Below, piece after piece: positions 56,399-64,000 of a DNA stretch of 64,000 nucleotides. Source of the DNA: a bacterium (GTDB lineage Bacteria; Planctomycetota; JAFGQW01); the NCBI GenBank assembly GCA_030426805.1, contig JAUHXU010000003.1, positions 665,488 to 729,487 of the forward strand, read 5' to 3'. Position numbers and translations under genes: made by a program. Position 1 is the first letter of the stretch. The number at the start of each line of letters is the position of its first letter. The notes under the pieces were generated by a model, which worked only from the letters and a program-made list of their open reading frames with translations, had not been told where the DNA came from and searched no databases.

Positions 56399-59329
56399 AT
56401 GAAGCTCGCATCCGCGCTCGCCGTCCTGCTCGGCATCGCCGCGTCGCTCGACGCGCAGCCGAAGTCGCCCGACGACGACGTGTTGACGTGGGTGAACCCG
56501 TTCATCGGCACGGGCGGCCACGGCCACACGTTCCCCGGCGCGACCACACCGTTCGGCATGGTTCAGCTCAGCCCCGACACGCGACTGGACGGCTGGGACG
56601 GCTGTTCGGGTTACCACTACAGCGACACGACGATCTACGGCTTCAGCCACACGCACTTGAGCGGCACCGGCGTCGCCGACTACTGCGACATCCTGTTCAT
56701 GCCGATGGCGGATGCGTACGAACTGCACAACGGCGCCGACGGTCGACCGGGATACAAGTCGACGTTCGCGAAGGAGAGCGAGGTCGCGTCGCCCGGCTAC
56801 TACGCGGTCACGCTCGACCGCGGGCCGATCCGCGTCGAGCTGACGGCGACGCCGCGCGTCGGCGTGCACCGCTATCGGTTCCCGAAGACCGAGAACGCGT
56901 TCGTCGTGATCGACCTGACCCACCGCGACCGGGTGCTCAGCTCGGGGCTCGCCGTGCACGGCACCCACGAGATCCGCGGCTTCCGGCAGTCGTCGTCGTG
57001 GGCCAAGGACCAGCGGGTGTGGTTCGTCGCGCGGTTCTCGAAGCCGTTCACGATGCGGCGGATCGTCACGCCGGATGACCCCGACGGCGATGACAATAGC
57101 GCCCGTGGCACCGACGTGCGCGCCGCCCTGCGATTCGACGCGCGCGACGGCGAACCGCTCGTCGTGCGCGTCGGGCTGTCGTTCACCGGGATCGAGGGGG
57201 CGCTCGCGAACCTCGATACGGAGGCTGGCGACGCCTGGTTCCACAACGTCCGCGAATGGGCACGCCAGCGATGGCGCCGCGCGCTCGAAACGATCGCGAT
57301 CGACACCGACGATGATACCGTGCGGACGAACTTCTACACCGCGCTCTACCACTGCTGCCTCGCGCCGACCCTCGCGGGTGACGTGAACGGCGCGTTTCGC
57401 AGCAACTTCGGCCCGCACACCGGCTACCGGGACTATCACCACTACTCGGTCTTCTCGCTGTGGGACACGTTCCGAGCGTTGCATCCGTTGCTGACGCTGA
57501 TCGAACCCGAGCGCTCCGTCGACTTCGTCAACGCGATGCACTTGCACGCGAACACGCACGGGCGGCTGCCGGTCTGGGAGTTGGCCGGCAACGAGACCGA
57601 CTGCATGGTCGGCTACCACGCGGTGAGCGTGATCAACGACGTGGATGAGGCAGGTTTGCTCCGCCGCACGTTTGCCCACCCGCTGTTGCTGCCCCAACTG
57701 GTGCACAGCGCCGACCGCAAGCAGGCCGGATTGAACGCGTATCGACGGCTGGGTTACATCCCGACGACCGTCGAGGCGGAGTCGGTGTCGAAGACGCTGG
57801 AGTACGCCTACGACGACTGGTGCATCGCTCGGTTCGCCGAGCGGGCCGGCAAACCCGAGCTCGTGAAGCGCTTCGACCGGCGGGCGCAGCACTACAAGAA
57901 CCTCTTCGATCCGAAGACCGGCTTCTTCCGTGCGCGCCGCGACGGCGGCTTCGTCGAGCCGTTCGACCCGACGGAGATCAACTTCCATTACACCGAAGCG
58001 AACGCGTGGCAGTATCGCTTCTTCGTGCCCCACGACATGACCGGCCTGATTCGGCTGCACGGCGGCCCAGCGCGCTTCGAGAAAGCGCTCGACTCGCTGT
58101 TCACGACGTCGTCGGCGATGACCGGCCGCAAGCAAGTCGACGTCACCGGGCTCATCGGTCAATACGCACACGGCAACGAGCCGAGCCATAGTTTCGCGTG
58201 GCTCTACCACTACGTCGGCCGGCCGGACAAGACGCGCGACCGCGTGCACGAGATCCGCACGAGCCTCTACAAGCCGACCCCCGACGGGCTGTGCGGCAAC
58301 GAAGACTGCGGACAGATGTCCGCGTGGTACGTGCTCGCCGCGCTCGGCTTCTATCCGCCGTGCCCCGGCGACGACATGTGGCTGATCACGACGCCGCTCG
58401 TACGCCGGGCGACGATCGACCTCGGCAGCAACGAGTCGCTCCGAATCGAGCGCAAGGGCGACGGGCGGTACGTTTCGCGTGTGCGGCAGGACGGCGCCGA
58501 CTACCGGTGGTCCTACCTCACGCGCGACGCGATGCGCGCACACATCGTCATCGAAACGGCCGACGAGCCCGGGACATGGGGCACCGAGCCGTCGGCCCGA
58601 CCGAAGTCCGCCGTGGCCGCGACGCTCGTGCCGGTGCCGTTCGTCGCCGAGGGCTCGACGGTGTTCCGCGATCGCACCGCGGTGCGCTTCGACGTCGCCG
58701 AGCCGGGCGCGATCGTGCTCGTCGCACGCGACGACGGACCGTTCGAGGCCCGCGCGAAGCCGATCGTGCTCGACCGCGACGCGACGCTCCGCGCCTACGC
58801 CGAGTGCGGCGACCGGCGGAGCGAGACGGTCACGGTGCGCTTCCGTCGGCTGTCGCACGACTGGACCGTGCGCCTCGCGTCACGCTACGCGAACCAGTAT
58901 TCGGCCGGCGGGGATCGTGCACTCGTCGACCTGCGCTTCGGGGGCAGCGACTACCGCACCGGCGGCTGGCAGGGCTACCACGGTGTCGATCTCGACGCGG
59001 TGATCGACCTCGGCGCACCGACCGACCTCGACGGTGCATCGCTCGGCTGCCTGCAGGACCAGCGCTCCTGGATCTGGATGCCGACCGCGATCGCGTTCGA
59101 GACGTCGCTCGACGGCGACACGTTCACGCCGTGGGGGCGCGCCACGCCGAAGACCGACGCGCGTGCCGAGGGGACGATCGTCAAGCGCTATCGGGTCGAC
59201 GGCCCGCGCCGCGCGCGATTCGTCCGCGTCGTCGCGAGCACGCGCGGCACCTGCCCGGAGTGGCACCCGGGCGCCGGCCACCGTGCGTGGCTGTTCGTCG
59301 ACGAGATCGGGCTCGATCCCGCGCGGTAA
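56399..59329 (+). CDS. Glycoside hydrolase family 92 (alpha-1,2-mannosidase-like) with a C-terminal discoidin/F5/8-type domain
   Basis: VNPFIGTGGHGHTFPGATTPFGMVQLSPDT...GYHYSDTTIYGFSHTHLSGTG is the GH92 N-terminal signature. Signal peptide present. The C-terminal roughly 150 aa is a beta-sandwich-like module. Confidence 0.85.
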   Translation: MKLASALAVLLGIAASLDAQPKSPDDDVLTWVNPFIGTGGHGHTFPGATTPFGMVQLSPDTRLDGWDGCSGYHYSDTTIYGFSHTHLSGTGVADYCDILFMPMADAYELHNGADGRPGYKSTFAKESEVASPGYYAVTLDRGPIRVELTATPRVGVHRYRFPKTENAFVVIDLTHRDRVLSSGLAVHGTHEIRGFRQSSSWAKDQRVWFVARFSKPFTMRRIVTPDDPDGDDNSARGTDVRAALRFDARDGEPLVVRVGLSFTGIEGALANLDTEAGDAWFHNVREWARQRWRRALETIAIDTDDDTVRTNFYTALYHCCLAPTLAGDVNGAFRSNFGPHTGYRDYHHYSVFSLWDTFRALHPLLTLIEPERSVDFVNAMHLHANTHGRLPVWELAGNETDCMVGYHAVSVINDVDEAGLLRRTFAHPLLLPQLVHSADRKQAGLNAYRRLGYIPTTVEAESVSKTLEYAYDDWCIARFAERAGKPELVKRFDRRAQHYKNLFDPKTGFFRARRDGGFVEPFDPTEINFHYTEANAWQYRFFVPHDMTGLIRLHGGPARFEKALDSLFTTSSAMTGRKQVDVTGLIGQYAHGNEPSHSFAWLYHYVGRPDKTRDRVHEIRTSLYKPTPDGLCGNEDCGQMSAWYVLAALGFYPPCPGDDMWLITTPLVRRATIDLGSNESLRIERKGDGRYVSRVRQDGADYRWSYLTRDAMRAHIVIETADEPGTWGTEPSARPKSAVAATLVPVPFVAEGSTVFRDRTAVRFDVAEPGAIVLVARDDGPFEARAKPIVLDRDATLRAYAECGDRRSETVTVRFRRLSHDWTVRLASRYANQYSAGGDRALVDLRFGGSDYRTGGWQGYHGVDLDAVIDLGAPTDLDGASLGCLQDQRSWIWMPTAIAFETSLDGDTFTPWGRATPKTDARAEGTIVKRYRVDGPRRARFVRVVASTRGTCPEWHPGAGHRAWLFVDEIGLDPAR

Positions 59330-59337
59330 CCCGCGGC

Positions 59338-60099
59338 TCAGACGCGACGCCACTCGAGCGACGCGACGACCGGCCGATGGTCCGACAGGCGGACGTCCGG
59401 CGCCCCGTAGTCGACGAAGCGAAACTCGGCGCTCGCCCACACGTGATCGATCGCGCGGCGCGGACGGCGTGACGGAAACGTCGCGGCCTTCTCGAACAGG
59501 AACGGATGCCCCCGCAGTCCCATCGGCTCCAGCGCGCGGAACAGGTCGCGCTCGGCGATCGTGCACGCGTTGAAGTCGCCGGCGAGGATCAGCGGGGCGC
59601 CGTGCTCGTCGCCGAGCAGCTCGACGAGCGTCGCGACCTGGTCGGTGCGCGTCCGGGCGCGCGCGAAGTCGAGGTGGAGGCTCACGACGTCCACGAGGCG
59701 CTCACCGATCTCGACCGTGCCGGCGCAGAACCCCTTGCGGCCGGTCAGCCGCCGCGGAAACCGCGCCGCGTGCTTCTGCTGGATCGGAAAGCGCGACAAG
59801 ATCGCCGAGCCGTAGCGAAACGGACCGACGGGGCCGCGTCGAATCTGCACGTAGTCGCTCCACGTGACGTGGCGCAGGTGCGTCGTCCGCTCGGCGAGGA
59901 ACTCGAGGTGGTTCAGCCGACCGCTCCACGCGCAATCGATGTCGACTTCCTGCAGGCACGCGACGTCGGCGTCGACCTCGTCGAGGAACGACGCGACTGC
60001 GGTGAGGTTCTGCTCGAGCCGCGATCGGCTGACCAGCGCCTGATGCGCGGCGACACCGCGACCGTGCGCGAGGTTCAGGCTGACGACGCGCAGCGTCAT
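59338..60099 (-). CDS. Endonuclease/exonuclease/phosphatase (EEP) family protein
   Basis: LRVVSLNLAHGRG...VACLQEVD...ILAGDFNA...LSDHRPV are the catalytic EEP motifs. ATG at 60099 overlaps the upstream stop (ATGA). Confidence 0.8.
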   Translation of the reverse strand: MTLRVVSLNLAHGRGVAAHQALVSRSRLEQNLTAVASFLDEVDADVACLQEVDIDCAWSGRLNHLEFLAERTTHLRHVTWSDYVQIRRGPVGPFRYGSAILSRFPIQQKHAARFPRRLTGRKGFCAGTVEIGERLVDVVSLHLDFARARTRTDQVATLVELLGDEHGAPLILAGDFNACTIAERDLFRALEPMGLRGHPFLFEKAATFPSRRPRRAIDHVWASAEFRFVDYGAPDVRLSDHRPVVASLEWRRV

Positions 60100-60590
60100 C
60101 GTTCGTCTCCGTCGTCCGGCAGCTCGAGGGGCGGCTGACCGTAGCGCGCGCGCATCCAGTCGATGCCGCGATGCACCGCGGGGATCCGCACGATCGCGAG
60201 TTCGAGGCGACGCTTGCCGGGGAAGTTCATCAGTGAGATCCCGATCAGAATCGTCAACACGCCTTGGCCGGGGAGCACGAGCATCGCGATCCCGGCGATC
60301 ACGAGTATGACGCCGAGCACGTTCTTCAACACGACGGCGAGTTGCGCCTGGACCGGGTGGCGCCCGACCCACGAGTCGCCGGGACCGCGGTCGGGCATGA
60401 AGTGATCGGCGCGCATGCGAACGACGAGGATCGGCAGGATCACGAGGCTCGCGACGAACGTCGCGACCGACAGGCCGACGAGCGACCAGAACAACCACGG
60501 GTGCGCGCCGAGCCAGTCGGTCAGGGTGCCGAACCACGCGGCCAGCGTGTCGGTGACGGTTGCTGCGACGGGAATCGGCACGGCACTCAC
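60096..60590 (-). CDS. PGPGW-like small transmembrane protein
   Basis: Hydrophobic helices including LVLPGQGVLTILIGISL. GTG start at 60590 overlaps the cls stop (GTGA). Seen only as the C-terminal part of a longer artefact ORF in the track. Confidence 0.5.
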   Translation of the reverse strand: MSAVPIPVAATVTDTLAAWFGTLTDWLGAHPWLFWSLVGLSVATFVASLVILPILVVRMRADHFMPDRGPGDSWVGRHPVQAQLAVVLKNVLGVILVIAGIAMLVLPGQGVLTILIGISLMNFPGKRRLELAIVRIPAVHRGIDWMRARYGQPPLELPDDGDER

Positions 60591-62014
60591 AACAACGGGG
60601 ACAGGAGACGCGCGGTATTCTGCGCGAGCCGCGCGACGAGGCCGGCGCGTTCCGGCCGCATCACCGGCCGGCTCGCCGCGAAATCGGCATCGAGCGCGCG
60701 GTCGATCGCCGCGGTGACCGCCGGGTCGAACACGAACGCACTCACCTCGTAGTTCAACCGGAGGCTGCGGATGTCCAAATTCGGCGTGCCGACCGCGGCG
60801 AAGCGGCCGTCGACCGAGAGGACCTTCGCGTGCATCATCCGCGGCCCGAACTCGAACACTTCGATGCCGGCCTGAATCAGCTCGGGGTAGTAGGAGCGCG
60901 CGGCCCATTGCACGATCCGCGAGTCGCCCTCCGCGGGCACGAGCATCCGGACGCGCACCCCGCGTAGCGCGCAGACGACGATCGCCTGGAGCATCGCATC
61001 CGACGGGATGAAGTAGGGCGTCGCGATCGACACCGACTCGCGCGCCGAGTGCAGCGCGGTGAGATAGGTCTTCTCGATGTGGTTGACCCACGCGTCGTCC
61101 GGGCCGCCGGCGATCAGTTGCGCACACGACCCTCCGTCCGCCGACGGCTCCGGAAACTGGTCCGGCGTCGCGAGCATCCTGCTCGTCGACAGGTGCCAAA
61201 TGTCCATCAGGCAGCGTTCGAGGTCGTGGACGAGCGGCCCCTCGACGCGCAGGTGCGTGTCGCGCCACGGCGTGTCGTCGCGATCGGTCTCCAGGTAGTC
61301 GTCGCAGATGTTGATCCCACCGACGAACCCGACCCGCCCGTCGATGACCTTGATCTTGCGGTGGTTGCGAAAGTCCGGCCGACGCCGCCACCGATGCAGC
61401 CGGACCGGACTGAAGAACTCGACCTCGGCGCCGCTGTCGAGCAGCGGTTTCACCCACGCCCACGACGTGCGGATCGAGCCGAACGCATCGGCCATCATCC
61501 GGACTTCGACGCCGCGCTCGGCCGCGTCGCACAGCGCGTCGCGAAACCGATCGGCCACGAGACCGGGCTCGAAGATGAAGTACTCGAAGTGCACGTAGCG
61601 CTCGGCGGCTTCGATCGCCTCGATCATCGAGTCGAACGTGTCGGGGCCGTCCTGCAGCACGTCGATGCGGTTGGCCGGACGCAGTTCGAAACCGTCGAGG
61701 CCGTTGATCAGATCGGCCACCGGTGCGTCGCGGGGATCGAGTGCACTCGAATCGCACGCGACCGCGGTCGGATAGCCGCCCTCGCGGGTCGAGTCGACGA
61801 ACTGCCGCGTCGCGGCCGCGCTCTTCTTGATGTTGCGCCGGACGATCGTCCGGCCGAAGAGCAGATAGAACGGCAGTCCGACGATCGGCACGAACACGAG
61901 GATCATCAGCCATGCGAGCGTCGCGGTGGGGTTTCGGCGCTCCATGACGATGCCGATCGCCGCCTGCACCGCGAGCACGATCACGACGAGCAGCGCGATG
62001 TTCCACCAGTTCAT
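60587..62014 (-). CDS. cls: Cardiolipin synthase (PLD family)
   Basis: Two HKD motifs (HRKIKVIDG and HAKVLSVDG) and two N-terminal TM helices. 475 aa. Confidence 0.9.
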   Translation of the reverse strand: MNWWNIALLVVIVLAVQAAIGIVMERRNPTATLAWLMILVFVPIVGLPFYLLFGRTIVRRNIKKSAAATRQFVDSTREGGYPTAVACDSSALDPRDAPVADLINGLDGFELRPANRIDVLQDGPDTFDSMIEAIEAAERYVHFEYFIFEPGLVADRFRDALCDAAERGVEVRMMADAFGSIRTSWAWVKPLLDSGAEVEFFSPVRLHRWRRRPDFRNHRKIKVIDGRVGFVGGINICDDYLETDRDDTPWRDTHLRVEGPLVHDLERCLMDIWHLSTSRMLATPDQFPEPSADGGSCAQLIAGGPDDAWVNHIEKTYLTALHSARESVSIATPYFIPSDAMLQAIVVCALRGVRVRMLVPAEGDSRIVQWAARSYYPELIQAGIEVFEFGPRMMHAKVLSVDGRFAAVGTPNLDIRSLRLNYEVSAFVFDPAVTAAIDRALDADFAASRPVMRPERAGLVARLAQNTARLLSPLL

Positions 62015-62065
62015 GGGCGGATCGTACGTCGGTCCGAGGCGCCGGTCAACCGGAGCGGTGGCGCG

Positions 62066-62698
62066 CTACAGTCGCCCGAGCACCCAGGCAGCCGCGTCGT
62101 CGGCCCCCGCGAACGCCTCGACCGGCGACGCCGAGCGAGCGATCGCCGCGCGCGTCTCGTCGTCGAGTTCGTCCACGCACCATCCGACGAGTGCCAACGG
62201 CCGGTCGTGCTCGACCGCGAGCCGGATCTCGGACGCGGTGCCCGCGCGCCCCCGAAACGCGACGACGACATCCGACGCGAGCACGTTCACGAGATTGCGG
62301 CCCGGCGCACCGGTCTCCGGGTCGAGCGCACCGAGCCCGGTGAACACGGCCCGGTCGACGAACGCGTTCGGATACCCGCCGCCCGGCACCGCCCCGGGCA
62401 ACACGCCGACCGCGAACGCCGCCCCCCGACACCCCGCCTCCATGATCCCGGGCCCACCCCCGGTCAACACCGCGACATCGTCCCGCGACACCGCCCGCGC
62501 AAACGCCTCCGCGAGCGCCGCATCCCCCGCCGCGACGTCACGCCCACCCCCCATCACCCCCACGACCCGCCGCCCCTCCGCCACCTCCCACACAAGCTCG
62601 ACCCACCGGCGTGCTTCTCCTTCTCTCGCCCGGCACACGGTCAGCGATTCCCCGCGCAAGAGATGGGCAGCACGAACGAGCGGTGGTGAGGGGGCCAC
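62066..62698 (-). CDS. TIGR00725/LOG-like Rossmann-fold protein
   Basis: VVGVMGGGRD...VLTGGGPGIMEAG is the LOG-family pattern. The start is uncertain. Confidence 0.5.
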   Translation of the reverse strand: MAPSPPLVRAAHLLRGESLTVCRAREGEARRWVELVWEVAEGRRVVGVMGGGRDVAAGDAALAEAFARAVSRDDVAVLTGGGPGIMEAGCRGAAFAVGVLPGAVPGGGYPNAFVDRAVFTGLGALDPETGAPGRNLVNVLASDVVVAFRGRAGTASEIRLAVEHDRPLALVGWCVDELDDETRAAIARSASPVEAFAGADDAAAWVLGRL

Positions 62699-63004
62699 GG
62701 TTCGCGTCCGTTGAGGCTCGCGCCCATGCCCGCTCGGCAGACCGGCACGACTCCCCCGCGAGCCGATAGAGAGCGAACCGAGGTCCCCTCACCACTGCTC
62801 GCTGCCGCGCGCCCCGACTCGTCTGGGCGGCAATCGCCGCTGACCGTCGCGCCAAAGAAAGAAACCGGGGCCGGACGAAGGTGTGGGGTGATCGGTCTCG
62901 TCATGGGTCGTCTCGGTCCCCCGAGGGACCGGGAAGCCGTCCGGCCGCCGGTTGCAACTGATCCGGGAGCCGAACCGCTTTCGCGGCAGGAACTCGAAAA
63001 AGTC

Positions 63005-63955
63005 TCAACGCGCGGCGAGGCGGAGGCGGTAGATGCGGGTCTTCGCGGTGATGAAGAGCGCGCGGCCGTCGCGGCCACCGATCGTCACGTCGGTCGGGAT
63101 GCCGGGGACCGCGACGCGACCGACGAGACGGTCGTCCGCACCGTAGATCCACAGGCCACCGGGGCCGACCGCGAACACGGTGCCGTCCGCGTCGACCGCG
63201 ACGCCGTCGGCGTCTCCGGTCTCGCCGAGCGCACGATCGAACGTCGCGACCTTGCGCGCGGCGCCGAGCGTGCCGTCGGCGTTGACCGGGTAGCGGTAGA
63301 GCGAATCGTCCGCGTCGTCGGTCACGTAGAGGCGCGAACCGTCGGGCGAGAACGCGAGTCCGTTCGGCTGCTTGCGATCGCGCGCGAGGCGTTCGGCCGC
63401 GCCGTCGGTGCCGACCCGGTAGATGCCGCACGCGGGCAACTCGGGCTCTGCCGAGTCCGGCCCGTTGCCGGTGATCGCATACGTCGCGTCCACGAAGTAG
63501 ATGCGCCCCTCGGGGCCGATCGCCACGTCGTTCGGTCCATTGAGGAGATGGCCCGCGTGTCGATCGGCGATCACGATCGGCATGCCGCGTTCGTCGGTGC
63601 GCGTCACCGTGCGATCGTGCTGCGCGGTGACGAGTCGGCCTTCGGCGTCGAACACGTTGCCCGCCGGGTGACCGGACGGGCTTCGGAAGACGACCGGCGG
63701 ACCCGGCTCGTCCCACAGGTAGAGTCGATCGGCGAGCGTGTCGCTGAACAGGAGCCGGCCACCGCGCGTCCACACCGGGCCGTCGGCGTGCGCGAAGCCG
63801 GTCAGCACGAGCTCGACACCCGCGCCCGACGCGAGCACGTCGCGAAGCGGCCCCTCGACCGCTCGCGGCGCCTCCGGCTTCGATCCGCAGCCGACGATGC
63901 ACACGAGTGCGCATGCGAGCGCCGCCATCGTCCCGATTCGCCTGTGGTCGTTCAT
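63005..63955 (-). CDS. SMP-30/gluconolactonase/LRE-like beta-propeller lipoprotein
   Basis: Lipobox CIVGCGS. Repeated SGL motifs (PNDVAIGPEGRIYFVD, PNGLAFSPDGSRLYVTD). Confidence 0.7.
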   Translation of the reverse strand: MNDHRRIGTMAALACALVCIVGCGSKPEAPRAVEGPLRDVLASGAGVELVLTGFAHADGPVWTRGGRLLFSDTLADRLYLWDEPGPPVVFRSPSGHPAGNVFDAEGRLVTAQHDRTVTRTDERGMPIVIADRHAGHLLNGPNDVAIGPEGRIYFVDATYAITGNGPDSAEPELPACGIYRVGTDGAAERLARDRKQPNGLAFSPDGSRLYVTDDADDSLYRYPVNADGTLGAARKVATFDRALGETGDADGVAVDADGTVFAVGPGGLWIYGADDRLVGRVAVPGIPTDVTIGGRDGRALFITAKTRIYRLRLAAR

Positions 63956-64000
63956 CGCGTCGACGCTACTTCGCCGACGCGGGCGCGTCAACGATCCGAG

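Noticed and set aside
56315-58858. 847-aa minus-strand ORF
   Set aside because: Antisense to a GH92 gene with textbook N-terminal motifs
60096-62006. 636-aa minus-strand ORF
   Set aside because: Only its C-terminal ~165 aa (a PGPGW-like membrane protein) is credible; the remainder overlaps cls out of frame

Overview
This 64 kb window has about 70% GC and is densely coded, so the six-frame track is full of long alternative-frame ORFs that are compositional artefacts. The source is probably a Gram-negative, diderm bacterium: the window encodes TolC-like outer-membrane factors, a prepilin-type pilin, an ECF sigma factor with a C-terminal extension, and many signal-peptide proteins. No rRNA, tRNA, CRISPR array or transposase was recognised.

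Real content, in order:
- An XapX-like small membrane protein overlapping cytidine deaminase.
- A SahR-like ArsR/methyltransferase regulator, with a perfect 18-nt palindromic operator over its -10, followed by S-adenosylhomocysteine hydrolase (ahcY).
- A class II Fic AMPylator with its own promoter and an inverted repeat.
- A secreted gene interrupted by a single in-frame TGA.
- fxsA.
- A translationally coupled heavy-metal RND efflux operon (about 8.7 kb): two tandem TolC-like outer-membrane factors, a His/Cys-rich metal-binding protein, a membrane-fusion adaptor with an N-terminal heavy-metal-binding domain, and an insertion-bearing CusA/CzcA pump.
- A divergent locus for a decorated, probably sulfated and O-methylated, polysaccharide (about 11 kb): three sulfotransferases, a Wzx flippase, a cytidylyltransferase fused to a KdsC-like phosphatase, two GT4 and one GT2 glycosyltransferases, a methyltransferase and an adjacent pilin-like gene.
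- A large ECF-sigma / transmembrane / carboxypeptidase-regulatory-like repeat fusion protein carrying an in-frame 9-bp tandem repeat, divergent from a TPR protein.
- A glycan-degradation pair (GH5-like hydrolase and GH92 alpha-mannosidase).
- A cls / PGPGW-like / EEP-nuclease operon.

The most striking pattern is a lineage-specific family of at least eight secreted proteins, two of them a near-identical tandem pair. All share an unrecognised C-terminal domain of about 100 aa with the signature '[FY]-x-PG-x-x-G-x-x-Y ... G-R-x-IPL-x-x-D-x-L'. The N-terminal regions are variable; one member carries SBBP beta-propeller repeats.
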